In this document: in pieces, positions 17,670 through 27,010 of the stretch
Position numbering within the stretch: the first letter of the stretch is position 1
Layout: every line of letters starts with the position of its first letter
Assembly: GCA_036270795.1 (NCBI GenBank)
Contig: DATBBW010000111.1
Span: forward strand, 1-59,036
Direction of reading: 5' to 3'
From: Gemmatimonadales bacterium
Lineage (GTDB): Bacteria; Gemmatimonadota; Gemmatimonadetes; Gemmatimonadales; GWC2-71-9
DNA: 59,036 nt
Position numbers and translations under genes: made by a program
Notes under the pieces: generated by a model
Told to the model about the DNA's origin: nothing
The model's database searches: none
Seen by the model: the letters and a program-made list of their open reading frames with translations, nothing else

Positions 17670-19178
17670 GTGGTTAAGAGTGTCAGCAGCAACTGGGTGA
17701 TCACGTTGGTCACGGTCGCCGCGGCGTACCTGCTCACCCCCTTCACACTCCACCGGCTCGGGGACGCCGGGTATGGTACCTGGAACCTGATCAACGCGAT
17801 CACCGGGTACCTGGCGCTGCTGGTGCTGGGCGTGCCCATGGCGTCGGTGCGCTACTTCGCGCAACACGTGGCCGAGGGCGACGTTCCCAAGTTGAATGAG
17901 GCGATCGGGAGCTGCACGGCGCTGTACCTGCTGTTGGGAGCCGTGGCGTTGCTCGTTGGGGTGGGCCTGTATTTCTTCTTCGACGTCACCTACACCATCC
18001 CGGCGACCCTCAGCCGGGACGCCCACTGGGCCTTCGCCCTCACGGTGCTGTACGTGGCCGTCGGATTCATCGGGCTCCTTCCCAACGGCGTCCTCTCGGC
18101 GCATGACGACTTCATGCCCCGCAACATGATTCGCCTCGGCGGCGTCGTGCTGCGTGTCGTTTTAACGCTCGTGCTGCTGACGTTGCGGGCGTCGCTGACC
18201 GCCCTGGCACTCGTCCAGCTGGCGTGTCTCGCCTTCGATTTCTGGCTGTGTGGGTGGCTCGTGTTGCGGCGCTATCCCGGCACCCGGATCCGGCTGGCCG
18301 ACCTCGACTGGGGCATGGTGCGGCGGATCCTCGGGTTCAGTGTCTACGTCCTGGTGCTGAACGCGGGCGCCCGCCTGTCGTTCGAGACGGACTCGCTCGT
18401 CATCGGGAAATTTCAGGACGTGAGCTCGATTCCGTACTTCACCGTCGCCAACAGCTTCATTCTCTACCTCATGGAGTTCATCATCGCGATCGCCGCCGTC
18501 GTCATGCCGCTGGCCACGCGGCTCAATACCCAGGGGCGCACGGCGGAGCTGCGCGAGGTCTTTCTCAAGTGGTCCAAGATCGCGCTCTCGCTGACGATGA
18601 TGGCTGGATTGTTCCTGATCGTCCTCGGGCCGCGGTTCATCGCGTGGTGGATCGACCCGGCGTTCGAGAGGCCGGCGGGGCAGGTGCTCCAGATCCTCAT
18701 GGTGTCGTACCTGGTGTTCCTCCCCGTGCGCGGGGTGTCGCTCCCGATCTTGATGGGGCTCGGCAAGCCGGGCTTGCCGACGATCGGGTTCCTCGCCGCC
18801 GGGCTTCTCAACCTCGGGCTGAGCATCGCGCTGGCCCGGCCGCTCGGCCTCGCCGGCGTCGCGATTGGCACGGCCATTCCCAACGTCCTGTTCGCCGCCC
18901 TCGTGTTGGTCCACGCCTGTCGGGAGCTGGAGACGCCGGTCGGGCAGTACCTGCGGTACGTGGTGCCGCGGGCGACGCTGGGTGCCCTTCCCGCGCTGGC
19001 GCTGTTGCTCTGGTTCAAGCTCGGCCTCGACGTCAGGAGTCTCGGTGAGCTGGCGGGTGCGGGCGTCGCCATGGTGTTGCTCTTCGGGGTGACCTGGGTG
19101 TTCTTCGTGTACCACAATGACCCGTACGTAGACTTGCGCGGCCGCTGGGCCGCGCTGCGAGTCGTGGGGCGACGGTGA
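17670..19178 (+). CDS. wzx: Wzx-type oligosaccharide/polysaccharide flippase (MOP superfamily)
   Basis: The protein has about 12 or more hydrophobic helices. Its N-terminus SSNWVITLVTVAAAYLLTPFTLHRLGDAGYGTWNL is typical of Polysacc_synt. The start is uncertain (GTG 17670, ATG 17577 or track 17355). Confidence 0.8.
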   Translation: MVKSVSSNWVITLVTVAAAYLLTPFTLHRLGDAGYGTWNLINAITGYLALLVLGVPMASVRYFAQHVAEGDVPKLNEAIGSCTALYLLLGAVALLVGVGLYFFFDVTYTIPATLSRDAHWAFALTVLYVAVGFIGLLPNGVLSAHDDFMPRNMIRLGGVVLRVVLTLVLLTLRASLTALALVQLACLAFDFWLCGWLVLRRYPGTRIRLADLDWGMVRRILGFSVYVLVLNAGARLSFETDSLVIGKFQDVSSIPYFTVANSFILYLMEFIIAIAAVVMPLATRLNTQGRTAELREVFLKWSKIALSLTMMAGLFLIVLGPRFIAWWIDPAFERPAGQVLQILMVSYLVFLPVRGVSLPILMGLGKPGLPTIGFLAAGLLNLGLSIALARPLGLAGVAIGTAIPNVLFAALVLVHACRELETPVGQYLRYVVPRATLGALPALALLLWFKLGLDVRSLGELAGAGVAMVLLFGVTWVFFVYHNDPYVDLRGRWAALRVVGRR

Positions 19179-20362
19179 CCGCGTCGGTGGCGAGCGTCAT
19201 GCTGGCGGCGCTGGTCGTGGCGCTAGCCGTCGAGCTCGGTGCGCGCTGGTGGCTCCAGCGGCGCACGGGCTACTACGTGTGGCCGCCGAGATATCGCCTC
19301 GAGTTGCGACAGTCCCCCGAGGTCAGCCCCCAGATCGAGCCTCGCGTGCGCTTCGAGATCAACGCCGACGGCGAGCGCGGCGGCGAGGTGGACAGGCAGG
19401 AAGCCGGGTTGCTACGGATCCTCGTCGCGGGCGGGAGCGCGGTGGAGTGTCTCGCGCTCGATCAGCCTACCAGTTGGCCGGGCGCGCTCGAGCGGTTGCT
19501 CAACGCGCCGGAGAACCGTCGCATCCTCGGCGCCCGCCGCGTGCACGTGGGCAACATCGGCCGGAGCGGAATCGGGTCCCGGGAGTTGGACTTGATCTTC
19601 GAACGCGTGCTGCCGCGGTACGGTCGCCTCGCAGGCATTGTGGTCATGGTGGGCGCCAGCGACATCCTGGGATGGCTCGAGCAAGGGACGCCAGCGTCGC
19701 TGGGGTCCGCCGCTGCGAGCGCGACGGGGACGTTCGAGTGTCATCCCGAGCAGCGATTCGGCTGGAGGCCGCGAGCGTGGGCCACGCTCGAGGTGGCGCG
19801 CCGACTCCGTCGGTCGTGGTGGCGGCCGCTCGACCTCCGGGATCCAGCCGGGGGTTGGATCGTGGCCGCTCGAACCATGCGCGCCCAGGCCAAGGAGCTG
19901 CGCACGAGCGTGCCCGACCCCACCCCGCCCCTGGAGCGCTTCACGTACCATTTCCGGCGCCTCCTCCAGCGGGCCCAGGCCCACGCGGACCGCGTGCTGG
20001 TGGCGCGGCAGCCATGGTTCGAGAAGGAATACACCGCCGAGGAGGTCGCGCACTTCTGGCATGGCGGTCTCGGCAAGGCGTGGAAGGAGAGGATCACCGT
20101 CTATTATTCCCTGCCGGTCATGAACCGCTTGATGGGTCTCCTCGACGCTCGCGCCGCCGCCGTCGCGGACGAACTCGGGATCGAGCACCTCGACTTAAAC
20201 CGCTCGCTGGCGCCCAGCCTCACGCACTACTTCGATTCCTTCCACTACACGCCGGCAGGCGCGGCCGTCGTCGCGCGCGCGGTCGCCGCGGCCTGGGTGC
20301 ACCGTCCGAGGGCTCCGGGGGGATCGGTGGCACGGCCCATCGCAGAGTCGGCGGCCCTGTAG
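19175..20362 (+). CDS. SGNH/GDSL-like hydrolase (esterase/acyl-transfer accessory)
   Basis: The start overlaps the wzx stop in a GTGA arrangement. Block I-like motif is ILVAGGSAVEC, block III-like is VMVGASDILGW, and block V DxxH is FDSFHYTP. Confidence 0.6.
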   Translation: MTASVASVMLAALVVALAVELGARWWLQRRTGYYVWPPRYRLELRQSPEVSPQIEPRVRFEINADGERGGEVDRQEAGLLRILVAGGSAVECLALDQPTSWPGALERLLNAPENRRILGARRVHVGNIGRSGIGSRELDLIFERVLPRYGRLAGIVVMVGASDILGWLEQGTPASLGSAAASATGTFECHPEQRFGWRPRAWATLEVARRLRRSWWRPLDLRDPAGGWIVAARTMRAQAKELRTSVPDPTPPLERFTYHFRRLLQRAQAHADRVLVARQPWFEKEYTAEEVAHFWHGGLGKAWKERITVYYSLPVMNRLMGLLDARAAAVADELGIEHLDLNRSLAPSLTHYFDSFHYTPAGAAVVARAVAAAWVHRPRAPGGSVARPIAESAAL

Positions 20363-20405
20363 ACGGAACCAGGCGCCTACCGGCTTGGAAAACTGTCAAA
20401 CGGGT

Positions 20406-21599
20406 CTACGCGCTGCCTCGGCCACTGGCGGCCAGCGCTGGCGACCCCTCGGCTGGAGCGATCCGCAGGACGGCGAGAACGGCGTCCGCGATGCGGTCGA
20501 TGTCTTCCGGACTCAGCTCCTGATGGATCGGCAACTCCAGGCAGTGACGGCGCCAGCCCGCGACTTCGGCTGCGAGGTCTGCCGGGCAACTCGGATGCGC
20601 CACATCCCACAGATTCACGCTCTGCACTCCTCGTCGCTCGAGGTCCCGCTGAAATCGTGGCTTGTCCGGAACCATCACCGGCAGAAACAGCGGACAGACC
20701 CCCGAGGGCAGTTCAGTCCATGGTAGTGGGAGATGACCCTGCAGGTGGGCTACGAGCCGCATGAAGTTCCGCCGCCGCCGCACGACGATCTCCGCTGGAT
20801 CGATGAACCGCATGAGCCCGGTAGCCCACGCCGACGCGCCATATGCCAGGAGGCGCGGATCCCAGAGCGCTCCACCCGAACTTATCGTCTGCGTACGGTC
20901 CCACCGCAGCGCCCTCCGGATCCAGCGCGAAACCCGGGTGAGCCATTGCTCCACCCGCCCCCAGGGGGACGCCTGCAGGCCATTGTGGAACAGGTCAAGC
21001 GATTGCACGAGCGTGGACGCGAGGGGCGCTGGCGGCAACGACACTGGAGGACGGGCCTGCTTGGTCAGCAAGAAGCCGCCGTGCGGGAGGGGAGCCGTCT
21101 TGTAGACGGAGAACAGGGCCAGGTCTCCAACCGACCCCAGCCAGGTGCCATGCGCGCGGCTGAACAACGCCAGCGCACAGTCCTCAATAAGCCGCAGCCG
21201 GTGGGCCTCACAGAAGGCCCGGATGTCGTCCAACGGCTGCGGAAACCCGAAGTAATGGATCACATACAGCGCCGACACCGTGTGGTCCAACTGGCGTCTG
21301 GCGTGTGCGAGGTCGATCAAGAGGCGCTCGGTGAGCCGGTAGTAGCGCACGCGATAGCCGGCGGTCAGCAGGGTCTCGATCTCCACGCCCTGGTGATATG
21401 TCGGAACCAAGATCGTACTGCCGTCTGGAAGGCCGAGGCTCGGCAAACCGTGATACAGGGCCACGCGACCGCTGAACGTCCACGTTCCGGCTGGTGCGCT
21501 GAATGGGTACCACTGTTGCCACTTCGTGCGCCGACGCGGCAACCGCCAGAAATGAGCCCCGGTTGGATATACGGGCACCTGCGCATCGCGTGCGTTCAT
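20406..21599 (-). CDS. DegT/DnrJ/EryC1/StrS-family PLP-dependent enzyme-like protein
   Basis: Motifs are GSTILVPTYHQGVE..., LRLIEDCALALFS and GDLALFSVYKTAPLPHGGFLL (Lys in the SxxK context). The ATG overlaps the upstream stop (ATGA at 21596..21599). Confidence 0.7.
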   Translation of the reverse strand: MNARDAQVPVYPTGAHFWRLPRRRTKWQQWYPFSAPAGTWTFSGRVALYHGLPSLGLPDGSTILVPTYHQGVEIETLLTAGYRVRYYRLTERLLIDLAHARRQLDHTVSALYVIHYFGFPQPLDDIRAFCEAHRLRLIEDCALALFSRAHGTWLGSVGDLALFSVYKTAPLPHGGFLLTKQARPPVSLPPAPLASTLVQSLDLFHNGLQASPWGRVEQWLTRVSRWIRRALRWDRTQTISSGGALWDPRLLAYGASAWATGLMRFIDPAEIVVRRRRNFMRLVAHLQGHLPLPWTELPSGVCPLFLPVMVPDKPRFQRDLERRGVQSVNLWDVAHPSCPADLAAEVAGWRRHCLELPIHQELSPEDIDRIADAVLAVLRIAPAEGSPALAASGRGSA

Positions 21600-22786
21600 G
21601 CAGGTGCCCATCGCGCGCGGAACCAGCGCGCCGCTTGCTGCGCGCCTGGAATCCGCTTCGCGTGCTCCCGAAGCCCGTAGCGGATCCAGTAGGCGTAGCG
21701 ACCCGCGGCGGAGGGCGAGAACAAGAGCACGCGGTAGTGACGCCGCAAGCACGGCGCCCAATCACTCTTCCACGTCATGTTCTCGGCCAGGAAGTCCAGC
21801 GCCGCGAACCCATGGTCGCTGCCGTACCGCAGGATGCGGGCGGTGAGCAACTGCCCCGGCGCATAGGGCGAGAAGCCGGGGTCATACGCGGTCTTGAGCA
21901 TAAACAGGGTGCGACCGTGGGTCCGGATCAACTGCGCGGCCACCGTGCGTCCGCCGACGGACAGGGTCGCGACCCACGTCTCCTGGGGCGTCAGCGCCGT
22001 GAGGCGGTCGTAAAATGCCCGAGCACTCGCCCGTTGCCCGATGGCCGTGCCGCGTTCACCTTTCCAGCCGCTGGCCTCGAGGGCGTAAAAGATGTCGAGC
22101 GCCCGGCGCTGCTCGGGGCCCTCCTGCGCGACGGCGAACGTGACTTCGCCCAGCTGCTGCAGCCGACGCTCGCGGTTCCGCAAGTTCGACTTGAACTTTC
22201 GCTTCAGGCCCTCGTCCCAGGGAGCCGGTGGCGGGGGCAGCGGACGCCACGGCGATGCGAACGTCTCTTCGACGACGTGCCTCCACCGCCGTTCGGCGGC
22301 GACCGTGAGCGCCGCCCGCAGCGTGGGCGAATTCTCCGGGAGGTACTCCAACCGGATGACATCCCACTCCGCCGCTTCGCACAGTGCGCCACACAGATAC
22401 GCCGGGATGTCAGGACGGTCGCAGGCCGCGAGGACTTCGAAGCGGGGAGTCTCGACGTTCGTGAGCGACTGGAGCACGACCGTGCGGCGCCCCCCCCAGG
22501 ATTCGGTACCACTCTGGAACGCGCCCAGGCCGACCAGCGTATCCCCTTCGCGTACGCACGCGAGCAGCGGCTCCGGGGGGTGGAACGCGTGAATCCAGGC
22601 GGCGACCCAGGCCTCGTCGACGAACGGCGCGCTGTCCGGGTGGTGCGCGAGGAGCTGGCGCCAGCCAACGCAATCCGTATCGGCAAGGCCCACCCACTCG
22701 CCGAGGGCCGTCGGCGCTCCAGACCCGACTGCCCGCGGACGTGCGTTCGCCACAACCGTGGCCTGGGGAGGCGCAGGCGCTCCCAT
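21596..22786 (-). CDS. Second FemAB/CelD-like GNAT-fold acyltransferase
   Basis: The sequence LSVGGRTVAAQLIRTHGRTLFMLKTAYDPGFSPYAPGQLL...LDFLAENMTWKSDWA is paralogous to 15148..16311. SD GAGAGGGG precedes ATG 22786. Confidence 0.75.
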   Translation of the reverse strand: MGAPAPPQATVVANARPRAVGSGAPTALGEWVGLADTDCVGWRQLLAHHPDSAPFVDEAWVAAWIHAFHPPEPLLACVREGDTLVGLGAFQSGTESWGGRRTVVLQSLTNVETPRFEVLAACDRPDIPAYLCGALCEAAEWDVIRLEYLPENSPTLRAALTVAAERRWRHVVEETFASPWRPLPPPPAPWDEGLKRKFKSNLRNRERRLQQLGEVTFAVAQEGPEQRRALDIFYALEASGWKGERGTAIGQRASARAFYDRLTALTPQETWVATLSVGGRTVAAQLIRTHGRTLFMLKTAYDPGFSPYAPGQLLTARILRYGSDHGFAALDFLAENMTWKSDWAPCLRRHYRVLLFSPSAAGRYAYWIRYGLREHAKRIPGAQQAARWFRARWAPA

Positions 22787-23010
22787 AATGCCCCTCTCGT
22801 GTGTGGTGCGTCGACGACCGATCGCTTGCCGACCGTCTGTTCGCAAGAGCGGGACCGTGGCGCTGCCGCGCCGCAGGGCGTCGCGCCAAGGTGTTCGCGG
22901 ACGTTCGTTGTTGCGTTCCCGCGGCGCTGTTGGATCGGCGCCACGTCGCTCACAGCACTGCCCGCCGTTGGGCGCCCGCGCGCCTGCGCGCCTTAGCGGC
23001 ACGGATCTTG

Positions 23011-24147
23011 GTGCTTCCGAATCCCGTGCTGGTCCTCCATATCATCGCTCCGGGGACGGTCGGGGGTCTCGAGCGCGTCGTCCAGCTGCTGGCCCAGGGC
23101 CAGGCGCAGCGCGGCACGGAAGTGCACGTAGCCGCCGTGCTGGACGACCCCGCGGCCGCTACCCCGCTGCTTGAGGCCTTGGCGGCGACGGGGGTCGTGG
23201 CTCATCGGATTGGGGGGCGCGGCCGCGCTTATTGGCGCGAGCGCGGCGCGACGCGTGAGTTGTGCCGCCGGTTGCGGCCCGATGTGGTGCACACCCACGG
23301 GTATCGGCCCGATGTCCTCGACGCGGGCGTCGCGCGACGGCTGGACATTCCGATCGTCACCACGGTTCATGGTTTCACGGGTGGTGATTGGAAGAACAGA
23401 CTGTACGAGCGGCTGCAGCGCCGCGCCTATCGGGGGTTCGACGCCGTGGTCGCCGTGGCGGGTCCGCTTGCCGCAGAGCTCGTCCGGGCCGGTGTCCCAG
23501 CTGCTCGGGTTCACCTCGTGCGCAACGCGTGGCACGAGACGATCCCCCTGCTTGACCGCGCGCACGCCCGTCGCGCGCTGGGAATCCCTCCGCACGGATT
23601 TCACGTCGGCTGGGTGGGCCGCATCAGCTCGGAAAAGGGTGCGGACGTCCTGGTCGACGCCCTGGCATACCTAGGAGACCGCCCCCTGATGGTATCGATC
23701 CTCGGAACCGGCCCCGAGCGGGCCCCGCTCGAGCGGCGCGCCCGCGCGCTGGGGGTAGCGGCGCGCATCCGTTGGCACGGCGCGATGACGGACGCCGCTC
23801 GACTGTTCGCCGCGTTCGATGTATTCGTGCTGAGCTCACGCACTGAAGGCACGCCGATCGTGCTATTCGAGGCGATGGCGGCGGGCGTGCCCATCGTCGC
23901 GACCCGGGTCGGCGGTGTCCCGGACGTAGTCTCGGCGGCGGAAGCCAAGCTCGTTCCCGCCGACGACCCGAGCGCCCTGGCGGCGGCCATTCGCGCGGTG
24001 CAGGACGCGCCAGCGACGGCCGCGTGGCGCGCGGGCGCGGCACGGGCTCGCCTGGCGCAGGATTTCGGCGTCGCCCCGTGGCTGGAGCGATACGAAACGA
24101 TTTACGCCGCGGTGCGCCGCCGGGCCCTGGCCGCGGTGGGGGCGTGA
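23011..24147 (+). CDS. GT4-family glycosyltransferase
   Basis: N-terminus is VLHIIAPGTVGGLERVV. The C-terminal E-x7-E region is SRTEGTPIVLFEAMAAGVPIVATRVGGVPDVV. The start is uncertain (GTG 23011 or 23026). Confidence 0.85.
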   Translation: MLPNPVLVLHIIAPGTVGGLERVVQLLAQGQAQRGTEVHVAAVLDDPAAATPLLEALAATGVVAHRIGGRGRAYWRERGATRELCRRLRPDVVHTHGYRPDVLDAGVARRLDIPIVTTVHGFTGGDWKNRLYERLQRRAYRGFDAVVAVAGPLAAELVRAGVPAARVHLVRNAWHETIPLLDRAHARRALGIPPHGFHVGWVGRISSEKGADVLVDALAYLGDRPLMVSILGTGPERAPLERRARALGVAARIRWHGAMTDAARLFAAFDVFVLSSRTEGTPIVLFEAMAAGVPIVATRVGGVPDVVSAAEAKLVPADDPSALAAAIRAVQDAPATAAWRAGAARARLAQDFGVAPWLERYETIYAAVRRRALAAVGA

Positions 24148-25328
24148 TGCTGCCGCGCTTGCTGCTGGCCCTGGCTGCGGCCTTCGGCGTGTATACCTAT
24201 CTCGGCTACCCCGCCATCCTGACGTTGGTGAGCGCGCGACGCCGGTCCTCGCGCCCGCGGCACGGAGACGATCCGCCCGAGCAATGGCCCCGCATCAGCA
24301 TCGCGCTCCCGGTCTACAACGAGGCAGCGGTGATTGGCGGGACGCTCGGGGAGATCCTCGCCGCTCCCTACCCGGTCGATCGGCGCCAGATCCTCGTGGT
24401 GTCGGATGCGTCCACCGACGGGACCGACGCAGTCGTCGCGGGCTTTCGCGACCGCGGGGTGGAGTTGCTCCAGCTGCCGCAGCGACAGGGCAAGACCGCG
24501 GCGGAGAACGCGGCACGGTGCCACCTCACGGGCGCGATCATCATTAACACCGATGCGTCCGTGCACATCCACCCCGGGGCCATCAAGCACCTCGTCGCCG
24601 CGCTGCGCGATCCCGACGTGGGCGTCGCCTCGGGGCGCGACGTGAGCGTGGCCAATTTGGAGGCGCACCCCAATGCCGGTGAGGAAGCGTACGTGGGCTA
24701 TGAGATGTGGGTGCGCGACGCGGAGACGACCACCGGCGGGATCGTGGGCGCTTCGGGGTGTCTGTACGCGATTCGTGCGGCGCTGCACGCGGGCCACGTG
24801 CCGGAGGCTCTGAGTCGCGACTTCGCCGCCGCGCTCACCGCCCGGGAGCACGGCTTCCGCGCTGTATCCGTTCCGGAGGCGGTGTGCTTCGTGCCGCGCG
24901 GTGCGTCCTTGCGCCAGGAATATCGGCGCAAGGTGCGCACCATCACGCGCGGTCTCGGCACCCTGGTCTGGAAGCGCACGCTCTTGAATCCGTGGCGCTA
25001 CGGCGTGTTCGCGTGGATGCTGTTCAGTCACAAGGTGTGCCGCTGGCTCGTGCCGTGGGCGCTCCTGCTCGGGCTCGGCGCCCTCGCCGCCGCCGCCCCC
25101 GCGGCAGGCTGGGCCCGAGCCGCGCTCGCCGGCTGCGGGGTGTGCGGGGCGCTGGCCGCGATCGGCTGGCTGTGGCCGGAAGGGAAGCGCACACCGCGGC
25201 TCGTCGCGCTGCCCGCGTACGTGGTCGCGGGCAATGTTGCGGTGCTGCACGCCTGGGTGCGAGTGCTGGTCGGCGCGCGCGCGCCGGTGTGGGAACCTAC
25301 GCGACGGGGCGCCGTGCCGGCGCGCTGA
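24147..25328 (+). CDS. GT2-family glycosyltransferase with C-terminal TM helices
   Basis: The ATG overlaps the GT4 stop (TGATG). Motifs are ISIALPVYNEAAVI, VVSDASTDGTD and QRQGKTAAENAA. Confidence 0.85.
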   Translation: MLPRLLLALAAAFGVYTYLGYPAILTLVSARRRSSRPRHGDDPPEQWPRISIALPVYNEAAVIGGTLGEILAAPYPVDRRQILVVSDASTDGTDAVVAGFRDRGVELLQLPQRQGKTAAENAARCHLTGAIIINTDASVHIHPGAIKHLVAALRDPDVGVASGRDVSVANLEAHPNAGEEAYVGYEMWVRDAETTTGGIVGASGCLYAIRAALHAGHVPEALSRDFAAALTAREHGFRAVSVPEAVCFVPRGASLRQEYRRKVRTITRGLGTLVWKRTLLNPWRYGVFAWMLFSHKVCRWLVPWALLLGLGALAAAAPAAGWARAALAGCGVCGALAAIGWLWPEGKRTPRLVALPAYVVAGNVAVLHAWVRVLVGARAPVWEPTRRGAVPAR

Positions 25329-25337
25329 CGCCCGGCA

Positions 25338-26057
25338 TTACAAGGCGCCGCGCCCGAACAGCATCACGGGCACCGTGCGCACCATGATGCGAAGATCCTC
25401 GGGTGGCGACTGGCGCCGGATATACTCGAGGTCCAGGCTGAGCTTGTTGCGGACGTCCTCCACCGAGCGATCGTAGCCCAAGTTGATCTGCGCCCACCCG
25501 GTGATGCCGGGCCGCACCCGTTGGCGGCGCTGGTAGCCTTCGATCTGCTCGCGCAGGTACACAAAGATGGCGGGCTGCTCCGGGCGTGGTCCCACGATGT
25601 TCATATCGCCCAACAGGACGTTCACCAGTTGCGGCAGCTCGTCCAACCGGAACTTCCGCAGCACGCGCCCGATCGAGGTCACCCGCGCGTCGCCCTGGCT
25701 CGCCCACACCGCGGCATCGCCTGTCGCCGGCTGGACGCGCATGGAGCGGAACTTGAACATCGTGAAGGGCTTGCCCCCAAGGTCGAGCTGGCGCCGGGTG
25801 TTGCCGCCCGCCCGCGACAGCGCCCGGCGGTCGAGGCCGATGCGCGTCTGGGTGAACAACACCGGGCCGCGCGATGTGAGTTTGATCAACAGCGCGATCA
25901 GCAGCATGAGCGGGAGCGCGAGCACGAGGCCCGCGGCGGCCACCAGCACGTTGAGCAGCCGGCGCGCGGCGTGTTCGCGATCGCGCGGGCGCAGCGATGC
26001 GGTGAGCGAAAGCGCGACCGAGCGTCGCGCCGTGTCGAACGTGAGAGAGGTTGCCAT
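25338..26057 (-). CDS. Polyprenyl-phosphate glycosyl-1-phosphate transferase (Bac_transf; priming sugar transferase)
   Basis: Motifs are SRGPVLFTQTRIG, KFRSM and LRKFRLDELPQLVNVLLGDMNIVGPRPEQP. An alternative start is GTG 26093. Confidence 0.9.
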   Translation of the reverse strand: MATSLTFDTARRSVALSLTASLRPRDREHAARRLLNVLVAAAGLVLALPLMLLIALLIKLTSRGPVLFTQTRIGLDRRALSRAGGNTRRQLDLGGKPFTMFKFRSMRVQPATGDAAVWASQGDARVTSIGRVLRKFRLDELPQLVNVLLGDMNIVGPRPEQPAIFVYLREQIEGYQRRQRVRPGITGWAQINLGYDRSVEDVRNKLSLDLEYIRRQSPPEDLRIMVRTVPVMLFGRGAL

Positions 26058-26070
26058 GACCGCTCGTAAT

Positions 26071-26086
26071 TGCAAGCTCCGTACCC
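26071..26086 (-). promoter_or_regulatory. Candidate sigma-54 promoter (GGGTAC-N5-TTGCA) upstream of the priming transferase
   Basis: The minus strand reads GGGTACGGAGCTTGCA, matching 8 of 10 positions. The predicted TSS is about 3 nt upstream of ATG 26057. Confidence 0.35.
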
Positions 26087-26190
26087 GGGCCACTCACGTG
26101 TTTGCGGGGTGTGCTGTGAACGCGCCACATGGCGCCGCGGCCTCGGTCGTAGGAGGGCCGCGACGCGGGCGTGCTGACGGTGTGGCGGAT

Positions 26191-26991
26191 TTAGGGAACC
26201 GGTGTGCCGGCCGGGGCGTCGACGGCGAAGAAAAACCGCGTGCCCCATCCCGGACGGGTCTCGACGTGCAATTCGGAGCGCATGGCGCGCACCAGTTTGC
26301 GGCAGATGGCGAGCCCCAGGCCAGAGCTGGAGAACTGCTGGCGCAGGCCGGACGACGCCTTACGGAACGGCTGAAACACTGACTCGATCGCGCCCGCGTC
26401 GAGTCCCGGGCCCGTGTCGCGGACGGAGAACTCGAGTTGGGTGGGCGTGAGGGGGCGCGCCGCGATTTCGACGAACCCGCTGTCGGTGTACTTGACGGCG
26501 TTCGTGGCGAGGTTCAGCAGGACGCGGGACAACGCGCGCGCGTGCCCGACCCGACGCTCGGGGACCGGGTAGCCGAATCGCACATCGAGCCCATGCTCCT
26601 CGGCGAGCGGCTGGATCATGCTGCGCACCGAGCCGAACATCTCGACCACGGAGAACGGCGCAGGATCGCGCTCGACCAGGCGGACACCGCCGCGGGCCAG
26701 CTCGAGCACGTCACTCGCGGCCGTGCACAAGCACAGGGCCGCACTGTAGATCAGCCCCAGCTGACGGCGCTGCGTCTCGGTGACCGCGCCGCCCTGGCCC
26801 TGCTGCATCGCCTCCGCGAGAAACAAAATCGACGTCAGCGGGGAGCGCAGGTCGTGCGCCATCTCGACGACCAGCTCGAGCCCGTTGGGACCGGCGAGAC
26901 AGGCGCTGAGATCGGGCGGCTCGAGGTCCGGCTGAGGCGCGCGGGCCGGTTGCGGCCGCCACTCGAGTTGCTCCGCCGTGTTGGTTCTCAT
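26191..26991 (-). CDS. Soluble histidine kinase with no recognisable sensor or TM domain (HisKA + HATPase_c only)
   Basis: The H-box is MAHDLRSPLTSILFLAEA, the N-box is LLNLATNAVKYT, and the G-boxes are DTGPGL and GLGLAICRKLV. SD GGAAGGAG precedes ATG 26991. Confidence 0.85.
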   Translation of the reverse strand: MRTNTAEQLEWRPQPARAPQPDLEPPDLSACLAGPNGLELVVEMAHDLRSPLTSILFLAEAMQQGQGGAVTETQRRQLGLIYSAALCLCTAASDVLELARGGVRLVERDPAPFSVVEMFGSVRSMIQPLAEEHGLDVRFGYPVPERRVGHARALSRVLLNLATNAVKYTDSGFVEIAARPLTPTQLEFSVRDTGPGLDAGAIESVFQPFRKASSGLRQQFSSSGLGLAICRKLVRAMRSELHVETRPGWGTRFFFAVDAPAGTPVP

Positions 26992-27010
26992 CCTAGGGCT
27001 CCTTCCCCTC